Of a DNA stretch of 36,885 nucleotides, positions 9,993 to 18,177 are shown piece by piece. Within the stretch, counting starts at the first letter, position 1. Every line of letters begins with the position of its first letter. The notes beneath the pieces are model-generated. The model saw nothing but the letters and a program-made list of their open reading frames with translations. It was not told the origin of the DNA and made no database searches. The stretch comes from Phycisphaerales bacterium. Lineage in GTDB: Bacteria; Planctomycetota; Phycisphaerae; Sedimentisphaerales; Anaerohalosphaeraceae. The stretch is taken from NCBI GenBank assembly GCA_011055475.1, contig DSDH01000573.1:1-36885 (forward strand), written 5' to 3'. Position numbers and translations under genes: made by a program.

Positions 9993-11210
9993 TCAACGAT
10001 CCCGGCGGGCGGTCTCGTCGATCCGTTGCCAGACCCGCAAGAAGTTCTGGCCGCAGATCTTCCGCAGGTCCGCCTCGCTGTAGCCCATGCTCAGCAGCTC
10101 GGCCAGCAGGTTCGGATAGGCCGAGACGTCTTTGAGCCCCACGGGGACATGCGGACCGACACCGTCGAAATCACTGCCCAGACCCACCTGGTCGACGCCG
10201 ATCAGCTTGACGGCGTGATCGATATTCTGCCCCACATCGCGGACCGTTCCCCGGGCGATAGGGTGCGCCCTGCAGTACTCCTCAATAAACGCACCGCGCT
10301 CTTGGCCTTCGAGCCCGTGCTCGGCGATATGGGCGTCGATCGCCTCCCACCGGGTCAGGTACTCTCGGTAGACCCGCTCATTACAGAACATGTCGCCGAA
10401 GTTGATCTGGACGATGCCGCCCTTGTCCGCCAGGGCGCGGATCATCTCATCCGTCAGATTCCGCTCCCAGCCGGGCGTGAAGCATCGGCAGGATGAGTGC
10501 GACGCGATCACCGGTGCGCGGGAGTGCTCCAGCACGTCCCAGAACGCCTCATCCGAGACGTGCGACACGTCGATCATCATCCCCACGCGGTTCATCTCCG
10601 CGACCAGGCGCTTGCCGAAAGGGCTCAGGCCCTGCCACGGTCGATTCGTGTCGTAGGACGAATCGCAGATGTGGTTGCTCTGGCCGTGGCACAGGGTGAT
10701 ATATCGCACGCCGCGGTCGTAGTAGTGCTGCACGCGGGACAGGTCGCCTTGGATCGGCGCGCCGTTCTCAATGGCCAGGATGATCGAGATGCGCCCGTTT
10801 CCGAACTGCCGCCGCACGTCATCCGGCGACCGCGCGGCAGCGAAGTAGTCCGGCCACGTCGTCCAGAACTGCTCCACCCGGTCGATCGTCTCATCGGCAT
10901 AAACCCCGGCCGTGCCGTCGTCCTCACGTCGCGGCGGAACGTATACCGCGGCGAACACCGCGTCCAGGCCGCCCATTCGTGCCCGGGGATAGTCGAAGTC
11001 GCCAGACTCCGTCCGCCGGGAAATATCCTCATCGTGCTCCTCCAGGCGGTAGGGGACGTCGATATGGGAATCCAGCAACAGCACCTCATGCGCCAGGGCC
11101 CGCGCCCGGGCCAACAGAACCATGTCGGTCGTCTGGTCTGGTATCCCACCCGACAAGGCGACCTCGATGAGAACGGCAAACAGCCACCCGGTGAACAGGG
11201 TGCGTTTCAT
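9993..11210 (-). CDS. Membrane dipeptidase (peptidase M19, renal-dipeptidase family), exported
   Basis: DSHID, IENG, DVSH, SHS..R, RNLTDE, GLGSDFDG and GQNFLRV. N-terminal signal-like segment. ATGA overlap with the upstream gene. Confidence 0.92.
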   Translation of the reverse strand: MKRTLFTGWLFAVLIEVALSGGIPDQTTDMVLLARARALAHEVLLLDSHIDVPYRLEEHDEDISRRTESGDFDYPRARMGGLDAVFAAVYVPPRREDDGTAGVYADETIDRVEQFWTTWPDYFAAARSPDDVRRQFGNGRISIILAIENGAPIQGDLSRVQHYYDRGVRYITLCHGQSNHICDSSYDTNRPWQGLSPFGKRLVAEMNRVGMMIDVSHVSDEAFWDVLEHSRAPVIASHSSCRCFTPGWERNLTDEMIRALADKGGIVQINFGDMFCNERVYREYLTRWEAIDAHIAEHGLEGQERGAFIEEYCRAHPIARGTVRDVGQNIDHAVKLIGVDQVGLGSDFDGVGPHVPVGLKDVSAYPNLLAELLSMGYSEADLRKICGQNFLRVWQRIDETARRDR

Positions 11211-12031
11211 GGCCGGATCGCTCCTAACCGCGGTCCGATGCACGCTCGAACGAGCGCGCCGTAAATGGCATCCCGATGTTCCAGGTCGTCCATGGATTCC
11301 GGGTGCCACTGCACGAACAGGCCGAACGCCCCATCCGTGCGTTCCATCGCCTCGATCACGCCGTCAGCGCTGCGGGCCGCGATCCGCAGGCCCCGGCCAA
11401 GCCGGTCGACGGCCTGGTGATGGTTGGACAAGACCGTCACCTCCGGCGCCCCCAATCGCCAGGCCAGGGTGCTGCCGGTCTCCAACCGCACGGTGTGGTA
11501 CACGCCGCCCGGCCGCCGATGGGCGATCTCGGCGCCGACCTGCGAGGGAATATCCTGGATCAGTGTGCCCCCGCGGACGACGTTGACCAGTTGCATACCC
11601 AGGCAGACCCCCAGCAACGGCTTTCGGGTCCGCCACCAGCGTTCGACGAGCCGTCGCTCGAAGGCGAATCGTTGATTGGGCACGACCTCCACCGTCGGGT
11701 GGGGCTGCTGGCCATAGACATCGGGCGGGATGTCGGCCCCCCCGATCAGGATCAGGCCGTCCAGTTCGGCCACGTACCGGTCGATCGTCTCCTCGCCGTC
11801 CACCGTGGGCAGCACCACGGGCACGCCACCGTTGTTCTCCACGGCCCGGATATAGGCGAACGGCACGCGTATCTGTTCGGACCCGCTCGAGGAAGGCTCA
11901 TAGACGCTGGACATCCCGATCAGCGGTCGTGCCAACGGCCGAGGCTGCCCACAGCCCGAAGAAGGGCCCAAACCGAGACCCAGGACGATCGCCGCCCCGC
12001 ACACCATCAGCATCCTTCGAATCGCCTGCAT
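11207..12031 (-). CDS. Gamma-glutamyl-gamma-aminobutyrate hydrolase-like protein (peptidase C26) with lipoprotein-like signal
   Basis: GGADIPP..YG, nucleophile GVCLGMQ, SNHHQAV, DGVIEA and VQWHPE. Start MQAIRR after AAGGAA. Signal ending SSGC. Confidence 0.88.
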   Translation of the reverse strand: MQAIRRMLMVCGAAIVLGLGLGPSSGCGQPRPLARPLIGMSSVYEPSSSGSEQIRVPFAYIRAVENNGGVPVVLPTVDGEETIDRYVAELDGLILIGGADIPPDVYGQQPHPTVEVVPNQRFAFERRLVERWWRTRKPLLGVCLGMQLVNVVRGGTLIQDIPSQVGAEIAHRRPGGVYHTVRLETGSTLAWRLGAPEVTVLSNHHQAVDRLGRGLRIAARSADGVIEAMERTDGAFGLFVQWHPESMDDLEHRDAIYGALVRACIGPRLGAIRP

Positions 12032-12073
12032 ACTTCGTTCCTTGTTCCGATAATTCGCGCCGCGTCCCTTTCC

Positions 12074-12102
12074 AGCGTAGCGGCAGGCTCCGGCGAAGTC
12101 AA
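12074..12102 (-). promoter_or_regulatory. Sigma70-type promoter for the C26-M19 operon
   Basis: Minus strand TTGACT-17 nt-TACGCT. Confidence 0.6.
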
Positions 12103-12186
12103 AGACCCTCTCAAGTCCCTGGGCCGGGGCGGGGCCGGCCCCTCGGCCGGGGCAATTTTCTGGGACAATTTGTGCATTTCTGTTGT

Positions 12187-12325
12187 GTTTTTCCCGAAGG
12201 CAACCTGTAAAGTATGAGCTTATGGAGTGTACGCTTTGGTCTCTCAAGTGTGTGCTTCGTCTGGGATAAGTAAGGTTCGAGAGACAGTCACAACGGCCGG
12301 GCGATCGGCCAGGGAGTAACGAGCA
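12187..12325 (+). promoter_or_regulatory. Conserved promoter/5' leader of the first csp gene (two hairpins)
   Basis: GTTTTTCCCGAA, stem GTCTCTC(12239-45)/GAGAGAC(12279-85), stem GGCCG/CGGCC directly before GGGAG. The same layout precedes the second csp gene. Confidence 0.6.
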
Positions 12326-12529
12326 GTGGGTACAGGAACAGTGAAGTGGTTCAATGCAAGCAAGGGTTTTGGGTTCATCAAGCCGGATGATGGGGGCGAG
12401 GATCTGTTCGTCCATTATTCCGAAATCCAGGTGGACGGATACGCCACGCTTGATGAGAACCAGCGCGTGGAGTTTGAGGTGGGCCAGGGGCGCAAGGGAC
12501 CGTGCGCCACGAAGGTCGTGCCTCTGTAG
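12326..12529 (+). CDS. cspA: Cold-shock protein (CspA family), copy 1
   Basis: GTVKWFN, RNP1 KGFGFI and RNP2 LFVH. GTG start after GGGAG. Confidence 0.96.
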   Translation: MGTGTVKWFNASKGFGFIKPDDGGEDLFVHYSEIQVDGYATLDENQRVEFEVGQGRKGPCATKVVPL

Positions 12530-12546
12530 GGTCATCCCACAGCCAA

Positions 12547-12588
12547 GGGCCGGGCCCGGTCGAGATGTGACCGGGCCCCGGTTTTTTT
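12547..12588 (+). terminator. Intrinsic terminator after csp copy 1
   Basis: GGGCCCGGTC-GAGATGT-GACCGGGCCC, then CGG and TTTTTTT. Confidence 0.85.
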
Positions 12589-12707
12589 GTGCCGGACCGG
12601 TTATTCCGTCCTATTGGCGGCCGCCCGACCGGGCTTTTCGGGGTCCCAGGCGGTTTGGGCGGGCGGATCGCGGAAGAATATTTTGAATTCTTCTGGTTTT
12701 ATCTTCC

Positions 12708-12836
12708 GTTTTTCCCGAAAAAGCGTATATAGGTGTGCATGGGGTATATACTTTCATCTCTCAAGTCTATACATCCCTATCAAAGAGAACGAGAGATTCA
12801 TGTGAAGTGGCCGAATGACCGGCCAAGGAGTAAGCA
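12708..12836 (+). promoter_or_regulatory. Conserved promoter/5' leader of the second csp gene (two hairpins)
   Basis: GTTTTTCCCGAA, stem ATCTCTC(12756-62)/GAGAGAT(12791-97), stem TGGCCG/CGGCCA directly before AGGAG. Confidence 0.6.
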
Positions 12837-13040
12837 GTGAGTACAGGAACAGTCAAGTGGTTCAACGCGAGCAAGGGCTTTGGGTTCATCACCCCGGATG
12901 GCGGCGGCGAGGATTTGTTCGTCCACCATTCCGAGATTCAGATGGCCGGCTACAAGACGCTCGCCGAGGACCAGGCGGTCCAGTTTGAGATCGGCCAGGG
13001 CAAAAAAGGCCCGTGTGCAACCAACGTCAAGCCGCTCTAA
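12837..13040 (+). CDS. cspA: Cold-shock protein (CspA family), copy 2
   Basis: [23 protein letters not shown] and GYKTL. GTG start after AGGAG. Confidence 0.96.
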   Translation: MSTGTVKWFNASKGFGFITPDGGGEDLFVHHSEIQMAGYKTLAEDQAVQFEIGQGKKGPCATNVKPL

Positions 13041-13061
13041 CGGCCCCGCGGAGTTTGCATG

Positions 13062-13099
13062 AAAAAAGGGCTCTGCCGCAAGGCAGGGCCCTTTTCTTT
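13062..13099. terminator. Bidirectional intrinsic terminator between csp copy 2 and the convergent radical SAM gene
   Basis: AAAAAAGGGCTCTGCC-GCAA-GGCAGGGCCCTTTTCTTT, a GNRA tetraloop with A and T tracts on both sides. Confidence 0.85.
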
Positions 13100-13168
13100 G
13101 GACAAAGCACTCGGCCGTTCGTTTCCGCCCCTTCTCTTGCGATCACGGACCGCCCGCCGGCGGATCGG

Positions 13169-14734
13169 TCAGGCCGGTCCGGAGACCTCCCGCTCGGCGG
13201 CGACCGGCGCGGGGACAGCCATGGGCATCGGGCCGTGGACCAGATTCTGGGTCTCACAACTCAGGCGGCGGATGATCTTGCGGAAGTGATATCCGTAGAT
13301 CGAGAAGGTCACCGCCAGCGGCAACGTGCGCGGCCGACGCAGCGACCAGAACAGCAGCTTCCAGTAATGCTTGCGGCCGCGGTCCAGGATGCCGATGCGC
13401 CACATCGACTTGACGAAGGCCCCCAGCTCCTTCCAGTGCACCCGCCATTTGCGTCCTTCCGGCACCCGGTAACGCTCCAGAAACGTGCGGATCCGCTCGG
13501 CGTGCTGTTGGGGCGAATAGATATGCTCGATCACGCGTCGATAACCGGCCATGAGTTTTTCGAGGCCCATCCGGGGGGCGAAGTTGATCGAGCAATCGGT
13601 GTTGTCCCCCGTAGGCGTTCGGAACAACCGGTGTTCCGCGAGCAATCGCCGGTAGAGCTGCGTCCCGCGGGGGGCGTTGAGCAGGCCGACCATCGCCGTG
13701 ACGATGCCGCTTTTCTGAATGAACTGAATAAGATTGTCAAAGACGCCGGCGTCGTCGTGATCGAAGCCGAGAATGAACCCGCCCTGCGTCTGCAGGCCCG
13801 CTCTCTGGATGCGGGCGACGCATTCCAGCAGGTCTCGCCCGGTGTTTTGCACCTTGTTGCACTCGGTCAGACACTGCTGGTCCGGGCTCTCAATGCCGAC
13901 GAACACGCAGTCGAACCCCGCGCGGACCATCGCGCTCATCAGCTCCTCGTCGTCGGCCAGGTTGATCGAGGCCTGGGTGTTGAATGCGAACGGATGCCCT
14001 CGATGTTCCATCCAGTCGGTGATCGCGGGCAACAGCTCCCGCTTGAGCACGGCCTTGTTGCCGATGAAGTTGTCGTCCACGAAGAACACGTAGTCGCGCC
14101 ACCCTCGTTGATACAGCACCTCCAACTCGGCGACGATCTGGGCCGCGCTCTTGGTTCGAATCCGATGCCCGAACAGCGTGGTAATGTCGCAGAAATCGCA
14201 GTTAAACGGACAGCCGCGGGAGTACTGAATGGCCATCGAGGCGTACTTGCGCGGATCGACCAGGTCCCATCGCGGCATGGGTGTGCTCTGCAAATCGGGT
14301 TTGTCGTGCGTGTTGTAGATCTTGCGGGCGCAACCGTTCTGCAAATCCTCCAGGAACCGCGGCAGGGTCAGCTCGGCTTCCTTCAGGACAAGATGATCCA
14401 CGTGGAGGTATTCTTCGGGCAGGCTGGTGAACAGCGGTCCGCCGGCGACGATGGGCACCCCGGCCTGACGACACCGATCGATGACGGCATCGGTCGAGGG
14501 CCGCTGTACGAGCATCGCGGTCAAGAAGACGTAGTCCGCCCAGGCCAAGTGTCGATCCCGCAACGGGGAGGTGTTCATGTCGATCAACTTCAGATTCCAG
14601 TCATCGGGCAGCAGGCCGGCGACGGTGAGTAGACCCAGCGGGGGCAGCATGGCCTTTCGGCCGATGAACTTCAGGGCGTTCTTGAGGCCCCAGAAGGTGT
14701 CCGGAAACTCCGGGTTGATCAATAAGATGTTCAT
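13169..14734 (-). CDS. B12-binding domain radical SAM protein (DUF4070-type, class B methyltransferase-like)
   Basis: N-terminal cobalamin-binding region (PPLGLLTVA, VAGGP). SRGCPFNCDFC CxxxCxxC motif, FVDDNF, FVGIES and FILGFDHD. Start MNILL after GGAG. Confidence 0.9.
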   Translation of the reverse strand: MNILLINPEFPDTFWGLKNALKFIGRKAMLPPLGLLTVAGLLPDDWNLKLIDMNTSPLRDRHLAWADYVFLTAMLVQRPSTDAVIDRCRQAGVPIVAGGPLFTSLPEEYLHVDHLVLKEAELTLPRFLEDLQNGCARKIYNTHDKPDLQSTPMPRWDLVDPRKYASMAIQYSRGCPFNCDFCDITTLFGHRIRTKSAAQIVAELEVLYQRGWRDYVFFVDDNFIGNKAVLKRELLPAITDWMEHRGHPFAFNTQASINLADDEELMSAMVRAGFDCVFVGIESPDQQCLTECNKVQNTGRDLLECVARIQRAGLQTQGGFILGFDHDDAGVFDNLIQFIQKSGIVTAMVGLLNAPRGTQLYRRLLAEHRLFRTPTGDNTDCSINFAPRMGLEKLMAGYRRVIEHIYSPQQHAERIRTFLERYRVPEGRKWRVHWKELGAFVKSMWRIGILDRGRKHYWKLLFWSLRRPRTLPLAVTFSIYGYHFRKIIRRLSCETQNLVHGPMPMAVPAPVAAEREVSGPA

Positions 14735-15066
14735 GGCGTTCTCCATCACACGTCATTGCGTCCCCGATCGAGGCGCGACCGGGACGACAGTCCAGCGAAG
14801 TGTCTTTCCGCATACGAGGAAGGAGAAGGAGCCGAGGAGGCATCGTAGAGGGACACGACCCGATTGCCGATCACACCGCCGCCGACCTTCTATTCCAGGA
14901 AACTACGCAGGTCTTCACCCTTGCCAAACTGGGCCTGATCACAGGCCGATTATCGTTTCTACGAACACCATACCGCGCCGGTGCTCCTCGAAACACCGGA
15001 AAACGAGAAAAACAGACCCCGATATTTCGCCGATGCGGCGGGTTTTCTTTCCCCGGACGCCCGTTC

Positions 15067-15075
15067 TGCTATAAT
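15067..15075 (+). promoter_or_regulatory. Extended -10 promoter of rarA, probably giving a leaderless mRNA
   Basis: TGCTATAAT (TGn + TATAAT) ends 7 nt before ATG 15083. No SD sequence. Confidence 0.7.
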
Positions 15076-15082
15076 ACGCCCC

Positions 15083-16468
15083 ATGGCGGAGCGTCCCGAC
15101 AACCTTTTCGCGCGCGCCGAGCACGAGCGGCTCCAGGCCCAGGCGCCGCTGGCGGTGCGGATGCGCCCCACCGACCTGGACGACTTCGTCGGGCAGGAGC
15201 ATTTCATGGGTCCGGGCAAGCTTTTGCGGCGAATGCTCCAGGCCGACCGGCTTTCCAGCCTGATCTTCTACGGCCCGCCGGGCTCGGGCAAGACCAGCCT
15301 GGCCCGGGTGATCGCCGCCAAGACCTGCGCGAAGTTTCACTATCTCAGCGCCCCGGCCGCAGGCGTCAAGGACGTCCGCGCTATTTGTGACGACGCCCGA
15401 CAGCGATTGGCCACCGGTGGGGGCCGGACCCTGCTGTTCCTGGACGAGATACACCGGTTCAACCGCGCACAGCAGGATGTCCTGCTGGACGACGTTGAAA
15501 ACGGCATTATCCTGCTGATCGGGGCGACCACGGAGAACCCCTATTTTTCGGTGAATTCGCCCTTGGTCAGCCGCAGTACGGTGTTCCAGTTCGAGCCTTT
15601 GGGCGTCGAACAAGTCATGGCGATCCTGCGTCGGGCGATCGCCGATCCGGACCGGGGCCTGGGCCGGCATCGCATCATGGCCGACGACGAGGCCCTGCGG
15701 TACCTGGCGGTGGCCTGCGATGGTGACGCCCGGCGGGCCCTGACGGCCCTGGAAGTGGGCGTTCTGAGCACGGCGGCGGATGCGAAAACCGCGGAAATCC
15801 GCTTCGATGTGAATCTGGCTAAAGAATCCATCCAGCAGAAGTCGATTCAATACGATGGTAGCGGTGATACCCACTATGATTTGGCCAGCGCCTTTCAGAA
15901 GAGCATGCGGGGTTCGGACCCGGATGCGACGGTGTATTGGCTTGCGCGGATGATCGCCGGGGGTGAGGACAGCCGGTTTATCGCCCGGCGGATCGCGGTT
16001 TGTGCGGCCGAGGACGTGGGTAACGCCGATCCGGTGGCCACGATGCTGGCCGCGGCGGCGGTGCAGATCGCCGAGTTCGTCGGCCTGCCCGAGGCCCAAC
16101 TGCCGTTGGCCCAGGCGGCGATTTACGTGGCCTGCGCCCCGAAGTCGAACGCCTCGGCCAAGGCCGTCTGGCAGGCCGTTGCGGACGTGCAGCAGGGGCG
16201 GACGATACCCGTCCCGCCCCACCTGCGGGATGCGCACTATGCCGGGGCCAAGACGCTGGGCCGGGGCCAGGGGTATCAGTATCCGCACGACCGGCCCGAT
16301 GGCTTCGTGCCGCAGGACTACGTGGGCCAGGACTTGGGCAAACGCTATTATTGTCCCAAGCCCGTCGGCCGGGAGAAGAAGCTGGGCGAGTATTTACAAA
16401 CATTTCGAGATCAGTTAGAACGATGCCGTGGACAGCAAAAATCGGCCGATCCACCGGACAAACCCTGA
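15083..16468 (+). CDS. rarA: Replication-associated recombination protein A (AAA+ ATPase)
   Basis: PLAVRMRP, Walker A GPPGSGKT, FLDEIHRFN, GATTENP, SAFQKSMRGSD, PKSN and VPPHLRDAHY. Confidence 0.95.
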   Translation: MAERPDNLFARAEHERLQAQAPLAVRMRPTDLDDFVGQEHFMGPGKLLRRMLQADRLSSLIFYGPPGSGKTSLARVIAAKTCAKFHYLSAPAAGVKDVRAICDDARQRLATGGGRTLLFLDEIHRFNRAQQDVLLDDVENGIILLIGATTENPYFSVNSPLVSRSTVFQFEPLGVEQVMAILRRAIADPDRGLGRHRIMADDEALRYLAVACDGDARRALTALEVGVLSTAADAKTAEIRFDVNLAKESIQQKSIQYDGSGDTHYDLASAFQKSMRGSDPDATVYWLARMIAGGEDSRFIARRIAVCAAEDVGNADPVATMLAAAAVQIAEFVGLPEAQLPLAQAAIYVACAPKSNASAKAVWQAVADVQQGRTIPVPPHLRDAHYAGAKTLGRGQGYQYPHDRPDGFVPQDYVGQDLGKRYYCPKPVGREKKLGEYLQTFRDQLERCRGQQKSADPPDKP

Positions 16469-17058
16469 TGGACAAACAGACCTTGCGTGGGCGGATCAAG
16501 GATCGGCTTGAGGGCCTGGATTCGCAGGTTCGGGCCCACAAGAGCCGGCGCGTGTGCGAGCATGTGATTGCGGCGCCGGAGTACGAGCGGGCCGGGGTGG
16601 TCTTGGTCTACCTGCCGATTCCCGGCGAGGTGGACCTGTCGGCGGCGATTCTTCATGCATGGCAACACGGCAAGACGGTGGCGGCCCCGAAAGTCGATTG
16701 GCGGCAGCGGCACATGACGCCGGTGGAAATCCAGTCGCTCGACGTGGGGTTTGACCAGTCGGTCTCGGGGCTGCGGAATCCCCGCGGGGGCGTACCCGTG
16801 CCGCCGGCGGATATTGACATGGTGTTGGTGCCCGGGTTGGCGTTTGACCAAAGCGGGGGACGACTGGGCCGCGGCGGCGGATTCTATGATCGGTTTCTGG
16901 CCACGACCGGATTGAACGCCCCGGCGTTCGGCGTGGCCTTTGGCGAACAGATGGTCGAGGCGGTTCCGATGGACCCGCACGATCGTTTCATGGATGGCGT
17001 GGTGACGGATGAACAGTTTATCCGGTGCGCCGAGCAGGGAGGACCTGAACATGGCTAG
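16468..17058 (+). CDS. ygfA: 5-formyltetrahydrofolate cyclo-ligase
   Basis: DKQTLR, EVD and LVPGLAFDQSGGRLGRGGGFYDRFL..PHD. TGATG overlap with the rarA stop. Confidence 0.92.
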   Translation: MDKQTLRGRIKDRLEGLDSQVRAHKSRRVCEHVIAAPEYERAGVVLVYLPIPGEVDLSAAILHAWQHGKTVAAPKVDWRQRHMTPVEIQSLDVGFDQSVSGLRNPRGGVPVPPADIDMVLVPGLAFDQSGGRLGRGGGFYDRFLATTGLNAPAFGVAFGEQMVEAVPMDPHDRFMDGVVTDEQFIRCAEQGGPEHG

Positions 17059-18157
17059 GCGATATCGCTACAAGTCGTACCGGCAGCGTCAGCGGGAAAA
17101 CCGGAATATGGTGCTGATCGGCGTCGCCGGCATCATCGTTGTTGGTGGCGTCTTCTATCTGGTCAAGAAGCGGGCGGTCAGCGCCATTGGGCTTCCCGGG
17201 ACGGGCGTCGAGACGGTCCTGGACAGCGAAGGGCCGGTCATGGGGGATTTCGAGCGGGCGATTGAAACGCCCGGCAACCGCGTCGTGCCGCCGGCCAATC
17301 CGACACCGGCCGGGACGGTTCAGCCCGCCGCGCCGGCGGCGCCGGCCGAGGTGAATCCGCACGCTGCTGCGGACGAGACCACCAGTCCCGAGGCGATCAC
17401 CCTGATCGAATCGGCGGTGACCGACGCCCAACAGGGCCGGCTTATCGCCGCACGCAATAAGTTCAATGAGGTGTTGAGCCTGGATCTGAGTTCGCAGGTT
17501 CGCAGCCGCGTCAAGGAGAATATGGCCGCGCTGGCCACGCAGTGGCTGTTCGGCAAGGATGTCCTGGTCGGCGACACGCTGACGGGCTGGTATGATGTCA
17601 AGCCGGGCGATTACCTGTCGCATATCGCGCGGGCGCACAAGGTGCCCTACGAGTTGCTGATGAAGATCAACGGGCTCAAGGACCCGCGCGACCTGCGGGC
17701 CGGGAGTCGGATCAAGGTGGTCAACGGACCGTTCCATGCCAAGGTGTACTGTTCGGCCTACCGTATGGATCTGTATTTGGGTGACGTATACGTCAAGAGT
17801 TACCGCGTCGGCTTGGGCAAGGAGGGCCGCGAGACGCCCAAGGGCGTCTGGTGCGTGCGCTCGGGCGGCAAGCTCATCAAGCCCAACTGGACCGATCCGG
17901 ACACCGGTCGACGCTACCTGGCCGACGATCCCGAATACCCGCTCGGCTCGCGATGGATCGCCCTGAAGGGTCTGGAGGGCGAGGCCGGCGTCAAGGAAAA
18001 GAACGGTGAAACGGGCTACGCCATTCACGGCACCAAGGAACCCGAGTCCATCGGTACGCGGTCGAGCCGGGGCTGCATCCGCCTGTTCAACGGCGAGGTG
18101 ATCGAGCTGTATGACATGCTCGTGCCGGTCGACAGCCGCGTGACCATCCTGGATTGA
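17051..18157 (+). CDS. Membrane-anchored LysM + L,D-transpeptidase (YkuD family)
   Basis: Basic N-terminus plus TM helix. LysM YDVKPGDYLSHIA..LMKINGL..LRAG. YkuD ETPKG, PLGSRWI and AIHGT..SIG..SRGCIRL (catalytic His/Cys). Confidence 0.9.
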   Translation: MARRYRYKSYRQRQRENRNMVLIGVAGIIVVGGVFYLVKKRAVSAIGLPGTGVETVLDSEGPVMGDFERAIETPGNRVVPPANPTPAGTVQPAAPAAPAEVNPHAAADETTSPEAITLIESAVTDAQQGRLIAARNKFNEVLSLDLSSQVRSRVKENMAALATQWLFGKDVLVGDTLTGWYDVKPGDYLSHIARAHKVPYELLMKINGLKDPRDLRAGSRIKVVNGPFHAKVYCSAYRMDLYLGDVYVKSYRVGLGKEGRETPKGVWCVRSGGKLIKPNWTDPDTGRRYLADDPEYPLGSRWIALKGLEGEAGVKEKNGETGYAIHGTKEPESIGTRSSRGCIRLFNGEVIELYDMLVPVDSRVTILD

Positions 18158-18177
18158 CCGGCGGCGTGGGAGGGGGC

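Noticed and set aside
12032..12535. 168-aa N-terminal extension of the C26 hydrolase ORF
   Set aside because: It runs antisense through the csp gene and the promoters. An RBS, signal peptide and promoter support the start at 12031.
14735..15066. Cobalamin, fluoride or c-di-GMP riboswitch upstream of the B12 radical SAM gene
   Set aside because: Only fragments resemble them (GGGACGCAA, ATGGTGTTC). The B12 box and other core consensus elements were not found by eye.
16351..16470. 6S RNA upstream of the 5-formyl-THF cyclo-ligase gene, a common arrangement
   Set aside because: There is no intergenic space. The gene overlaps the rarA stop codon.
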